Translations under genes and position numbers: made by a program
Shown here: positions 61,421 through 64,000 of the stretch, piece after piece
Layout of the letters: each line of letters opens with the position of its first letter
Numbering within the stretch: the first letter of the stretch is position 1
Assembly (NCBI GenBank): GCA_964035545.1
Contig: OZ037770.1
Span: 8,624,973 to 8,688,972, forward strand
Direction: 5' to 3'
Length of the DNA: 64,000 nt
Origin: Bugula neritina
Taxonomy: Eukaryota > Animalia > Bryozoa
Notes under the pieces: model-generated
The model's input: only the letters and a program-made list of their open reading frames with translations
The model's database searches: none
Told to the model about the DNA's origin: nothing

Positions 61421-63073
61421 GAATGATTATGAAAGCTAAACGAAAATCTATGACAATCACTATAAGTATGATTATGAATATCAATATGAGTCAGACTGAA
61501 ACTAAAGCCAAAGGTTAGGACTACACTTAAGGCGAGTATAAAATTAAATAACTAAAGACGCAAACTTAATTTGAAATAACAAATTAGAAATATAAATGAT
61601 TGTATTTTTAGTAGACTTACCCGTGCTGCAAAAATTTTAAGGTTAAACTTCAAAGATAAAGATTAGCATTTAATTTTATTGCAAAAACAGTTTGAGGTTG
61701 GTAATTTTACTAGTTAGTTTTGCAGGGGGCAGAGAATGGGTGACACTAGCCTTAGCTTTTAATAACACGGAGCTTTTGATAACACGGAGCGAACTGCTTG
61801 TGCTATTTTATTTAAAGAAAGTTTTTTCAGGATCTTGCGCTATAGAAAAATTCCTCGAAATGTCGAATGGTTCTATAAGCAGCTCCGAGTTGGGGGTGAC
61901 CGAGTGCAGTAGTTCGCAGTTACCAAGTTTGAAATTTTGGACTTAAATTAGAACATGAAACCACCAACTCCAAACTCGAGAATCCCAAACTATTGCATTT
62001 ATTCCCATAGAAACTGTCACAAAAAGCCATATTGCAAGCTAGTAATCCTATGACTTGCAATAAGGAATTTTTTGTAAGTTTATTTACCAAGTTTATAATA
62101 TTTTTGCGAGCTTATATAGGTTACAATTTCTCATATTATATAAATATGATACAAGCCTATAATACTAAAACCGTAATACGTCGTATCTAATACATAAGTT
62201 GCATGTCATTGAAAACTAATACTTTAAATACTTTAAATACTTTAAATACTTTAAATTCTATAACTGCATAAATTTTGTATCAAATAAGATACAGTGTGAT
62301 GTACTGTATAAGGCTTAGTTTGCATCCTGCATGACGTTGTAGAAAACACAGCTTTATAAAGAAGCAGCCTATGTGTGAAGTAGGAACTCTACACTATTTG
62401 CTGTACGTGGTCTGTTTATTAAGTTGTTGTAGACTACTATGACAATATTTTTGCAATGCTCTATCATATTATATTATATACTAATCTAAAAGTTTATACA
62501 AAATAGGAGTTATCTGTTCAGTACTTGGATATGTTGCAAGTTTATATTAGTTTGTAAATTTTTGTTTAAAACGTATCTTGTTCCTTTTGGTCACTACCTG
62601 GTTGATTATACAGACATCTCCATTAACACTTAAAACCTACTTTCTCTCATATTATTAGCTACTTAGATGTTGGTAGCAGTTAACAAGTCAATTACTGTGA
62701 AGTTTAATGACATTTAACAGATTTAAAAATAATATTATTTGTTTTATCTTTTTTTGCTCTTGAATACTGCTGTGCTTTAATAGAGATATGAGTAGTTATC
62801 ACCACAGACTGAATGAAAGGAAGTGCTGGCCAGGTTTATAATAGTCTAAAAATGATTTTTTTGTAGTATAGAGCCAAAATAACTGTACATAAGCAAACGA
62901 CACAACAGAGGAAAATATGTAGCTAACGATGCTGTAATAACACAATTAAAGCTGTGATGATTTAACAAAAGCTTTCCAGTGCTCATTTAATTCATCTCTC
63001 AATAATTAATACTCTATTATATCGCAATGCAAGTAGGGGGTACGCCAAATTAGTCCTACTATGTCTTTTGTCA

Positions 63074-63132
<59 letters not shown>

Positions 63133-63315
63133 AATGCAGCTTTGAATAATTTCCCTGTTCGTAAAATAAAGAGATTGCAATCATATTAATTAAGGATTTT
63201 ATATTCTATCCTGTAAAGTAATAACTATTGAGTCAGACTATAATATGTTTTGAGTCGGTAAATAACTTTTCTATACCCCATTGCAAATTTGAAACTATAG
63301 TTATAGCTTCTAAAC

Positions 63316-63658
63316 CAGGGATGTCCAACCTTTTTAGAGAGAGGGTCACCAAAAGGAAATATTTTATGGCAAGGGTCACATTGTAAACTTTAGCTTATGC
63401 TGGGGGCCACAGCATCAGTATTTTTCAAATTATTTTATTTTAAATTATTATAAATTGTTACAAAATAAAGTCCTAATAGTTAATGCAAGCTCCATGTTTT
63501 ATTGTAGTATGTGTATAAATAAGACATTTAAAAGGTGATTTTTCACTCTAATTCATGTATATGTGTGAAAACTACTTTTAGCTCTATGCTTTTGAGAGCC
63601 ACATAAATGTAGACTGCGGGCCACATCTGGCCCTGGGGCTGCATTTTGGACAGCTCTG
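63316..63658. mobile_element. hAT (Charlie-like) MITE, 343 bp
   Basis: TIRs CAGGGATGTCCAA / TTGGACAGCTCTG, a degenerate 8-bp TSD (TTCTAAAC / GTTTAAAC) and internal GGGCCACA motifs. Confidence 0.8.
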
Positions 63659-64000
63659 GTTTAAACAATAAACCATCACAATTTTAAATGAGTAAAAACA
63701 TTTAAAAAATATACTCTCAATCAAATAAAAAGAATCCGATGCGATGATGCAGAATGTATAAAGTGCGCTGCATGCATTTTTATGCCAAAAAATCAGAATA
63801 CCTAATAAAATATAGTGGTTATTAACTTTGTTAGTAGCTCTACTGTTTATTAATAATAGATATTGGAATATGCTATTAATATATGTCTTTCATTTTGCTA
63901 TTAGAAATTTGAAATGATTCTCTTTTGCATAGTTCACCTCTGTCATGCTTCATACGTCATATAATGTTAAAATAACAAACATGCTTATGCAAAATATGTA

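Overview
AT-rich, intron-rich eukaryotic DNA from an invertebrate animal. A lophotrochozoan such as a bryozoan is plausible, but that is inference only. It contains no prokaryotic features and no CRISPR. I rebuilt eight protein-coding genes by hand from GT-AG junctions and reading phase. (1) 5'-partial scramblase/tubby-like protein with a coiled-coil tail (+, 177-6230). (2) Complete SLC5 Na+/glucose cotransporter (-, 6669-17057). (3) Short type II membrane collagen with a furin site (-, 18009-20285). (4) V-ATPase subunit E (-, 22270-28054). (5) Intronless single-TM orphan (-, 29798-30418). (6) FMRFamide-receptor-like class A GPCR with a frame-switching 19-nt microexon (-, 31712-41470). (7) Secreted Spaetzle/neurotrophin-type cystine-knot protein, very rich in Trp and Arg, which the ORF track misses (+, 45952-48982). 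(8) Divergent acyl-CoA synthetase (-, 49649-59556). Mobile DNA includes seven copies of a tRNA-derived SINE, a Penelope-like retroelement 3' end with a minimal hammerhead ribozyme inside a (TA)n tract, and several MITEs. Many introns carry minisatellites next to splice junctions, and some of these tandemly copy the splice site itself. Most short ORFs in the track are repeat artefacts.
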